Shown here: one piece after another, positions 61,884 through 64,000 of the stretch
Position numbering within the stretch: the first letter of the stretch is position 1
Layout: the number at the start of each line of letters is the position of its first letter
Origin: Trichoplax adhaerens
Lineage: Eukaryota; Animalia; Placozoa
Assembly: GCF_000150275.1 (NCBI RefSeq)
Contig: NW_002060946.1
Coordinates: 7,173,855-7,237,854, forward strand
Direction: 5' to 3'
DNA length: 64,000 bases
Notes under the pieces: model-generated
What the model was told of the DNA's origin: nothing
What the model saw: the letters and a program-made list of their open reading frames with translations, nothing else
The model's database searches: none
Position numbers and translations under genes: made by a program

Positions 61884-63926
61884 TTATTCCTCCGCGTTTT
61901 GAGGATTACATTGTTTCTCTAAATTTTCAGATAATTTCTTGTAATAATGATTAACTGTTAGTTGCTGAGCTTCGCATAACTTGATATGTGATCGCTTAGT
62001 CTTCAAAAATTGCAGAGCATGGAATGGATCGTAGCGATAGTGCTGGAATTGGTGAAGAATATTAATTAATGATGCAAATAACAATCAATATTGTGTTAAG
62101 TTCAGTATAATAGTAAGAAATAACCTACCTTCATAATGTAGCACAAGACAACTGTAGCACTTCTGCCACGTCCAGCTTTGCAATGGACATACACTGAACA
62201 GCCATTTTTGTTCACATCATCAATGAAATTTATTGCCTCCTCTACTCGCTCTACACTAGGTGATTGGTAAAAGTCGACGGTACTTAGTCGGAGCTGCTTT
62301 ACACCAAGCGCACCCCATTCCTGTAATAATAAAATAAAAATAAACAGTGTAAGGTTAATGCGTGATACTTACGCCTATATTCCTGCGATATGACAAACAA
62401 ATTTCTAGACTATGTATTGTATACGCGTACAGCTGACTTATCCATTAAATACAATTCAACAAATCACCAAGTTGCTCAACTGTCAGTATCTATAAGGACT
62501 AATATACTAATGCCATGGCCAATAGCGGTAAGACGTCAAATTCAAGCATAAATGAAGATAACTGCAGTGTATCTTTCTAGGCTAGATATAAACGTATCTA
62601 GCTGATTGATTAAATATAATTCAATAAATCATCTTAGTTGCTCAGCTGTTGGTTTTTATAAGAGCTAATATAATAATATCGTGGTTGATAGTGGTTAGAT
62701 ATGATACCGAAGCATAAATAAAGATAATTATATCTTTTTAGGGTAGGTGTGAGTGTATCTAGTTGATTTATTGAACGCAGTTCATTCAATCATCAAGTTG
62801 CTCAACTGTCAGTACTGTACTTACGAGTATAAGAAACTAATATACTAATGTTGTGAATGGCAGTAGTTCCATGCATCGTGAAGCTTAAGTTAAGATAATC
62901 AATGTAATTTAAAATTATGATCAAAATTGAATATACTAAGTAACTGAGTTTACAAAAGGCTATCCCAGTTGATAATTAATTTCAGCTTGATTGAATTATC
63001 AGAAAAATAAGGCTGTCATCAATTCAACAGTTTTTGTACTACTTGTATCTATACAGTATTTAGGGCAAGTCAGGCTTATATAGTGAAAGGACAGATCAAA
63101 TCATGATTAAATAACTTCATTTCCAATATTTGAATGCTATGCTTCATGTTTATTCTCTTTCGGTAGATGTTGTATCGATTGAACACTTATCATTCTACCT
63201 ATTGCATTCAGTATGAAAATTATGTAGGTACAATGCGAAATTTTAACAGAAGCCAACTTTTTAACCGTCCAATCTTATGACATGATTTCTGATGTCTCTT
63301 AAACGGCTATTACTGCCGTAGATATACAGCGAGCTAACACAAGTTTTGAAATAAAAACATCGAAAGCGCGGAGATTTACTCAACAGAGAGACAACATATC
63401 AGGTCCGAATTTTACCTGTTGATTAGGAGATACGAAGCGGGTTTCGTAATTCTCATTCATGGTAACCACACCTCGTACATTTTCTTGCTTTACCAACTGT
63501 AATTACGATCAATTTATCAATGAAACAGCAAGTACACTTACTCTTTGCCTTAGGATACGATTTACACGAGTAGAATTGGACACGTTAAAGGTGAAAGTAA
63601 TGCATGTAGGCCCATAGCTATTTATACAACTTCGAATATCAACTTAGGAATAATCGTCCATCATCATCTATAACATCACTAGTGAATCCAACAGTAAAAC
63701 TTTTATTCTAAGCTACTACTATCATTTCCAATCATTCTTCATGATAAATAAAGTTTTAGTTATACCGATTAAAGTTGCAAACCTCATTAGCATGACTGCG
63801 GAAAGGAAGTGCACCAATTAAGATATTTTCATCTACCCGATCATACCAACGTCTTGCATCACTTTTACGCGCAACATTCCAGATTAGCGTTGGATAGTAA
63901 AATAATCTTGCTTTCAACGGCTCCAT
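61884..63926 (-). CDS. PTPMT1: Mitochondrial phosphatidylglycerophosphatase PTPMT1, 4 coding exons, about 191 aa
   Basis: Exons: 63926-63783, 63496-63416, 62320-62129, 62042-61884, all introns phase 0. Motifs: ARLFYYPTL, WYDRVDENILIGALPF, ENVRGVVTMNENYET, LGVKQLRLSTVD, catalytic VYVHCKAGRGRSAT. A 5'UTR acceptor lies at about 63956, so the promoter is outside the window. Confidence 0.96.
62430..62900. repeat. Degenerate tandem repeat, three units of about 165-170 bp, in PTPMT1 intron 2
   Basis: Recurrent blocks agYtga...aatca...agttgctcaRctg...tataag..ctaatata..aat...aagcataa...aagataa starting at about 62431, 62600 and 62761. Confidence 0.7.
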
Positions 63927-64000
63927 CAATGGATTCGATCGGAAAGAGACTTATCCTGTATTAAATTAAATTAAAGCGGCTATAAATTGATTTGTAAAGA

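Overview
AT-rich eukaryotic DNA with short GT-AG introns and abundant TACAG/CTGTA pentamer arrays. The style suggests a placozoan (Trichoplax-like) genome, which is an inference. I assembled seven recognisable protein-coding genes by hand from splice sites and reading phase: SIK1/2-type kinase (first exon only, - strand, runs off the left edge), ZPR1 (15 exons, +), a Capicua (CIC)-like gene (11 coding exons, +) with the CIC-L Tudor-like and N1 modules but no HMG-box or C1 domain, MRPL41 (4 exons, -), SIK3 (10 exons, +) with a C-terminal KA1 domain, a BTB-BACK-Kelch gene with an uninterrupted CDS (+) and PTPMT1 (4 exons, -). Main points of interest: (1) strand-symmetric (GTACN)n arrays lie just upstream of the SIK2, ZPR1, MRPL41 and SIK3 start codons and pile up upstream of CIC, which may be a lineage-specific promoter code; (2) the HMG-less CIC keeps the IDLKC motif, suggesting secondary loss of its DNA-binding core; (3) the SIK2-ZPR1-CIC-SIK3 linkage echoes human 11q23/19q13; (4) ZPR1 has a probable U12-type intron; (5) a candidate unannotated gene runs divergently from ZPR1. 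No prokaryotic-type system, tRNA, rRNA or intact transposon was recognised. Most short ORFs in the supplied track are artefacts of the pentamer repeats. All family assignments are from remembered motifs, not database searches.
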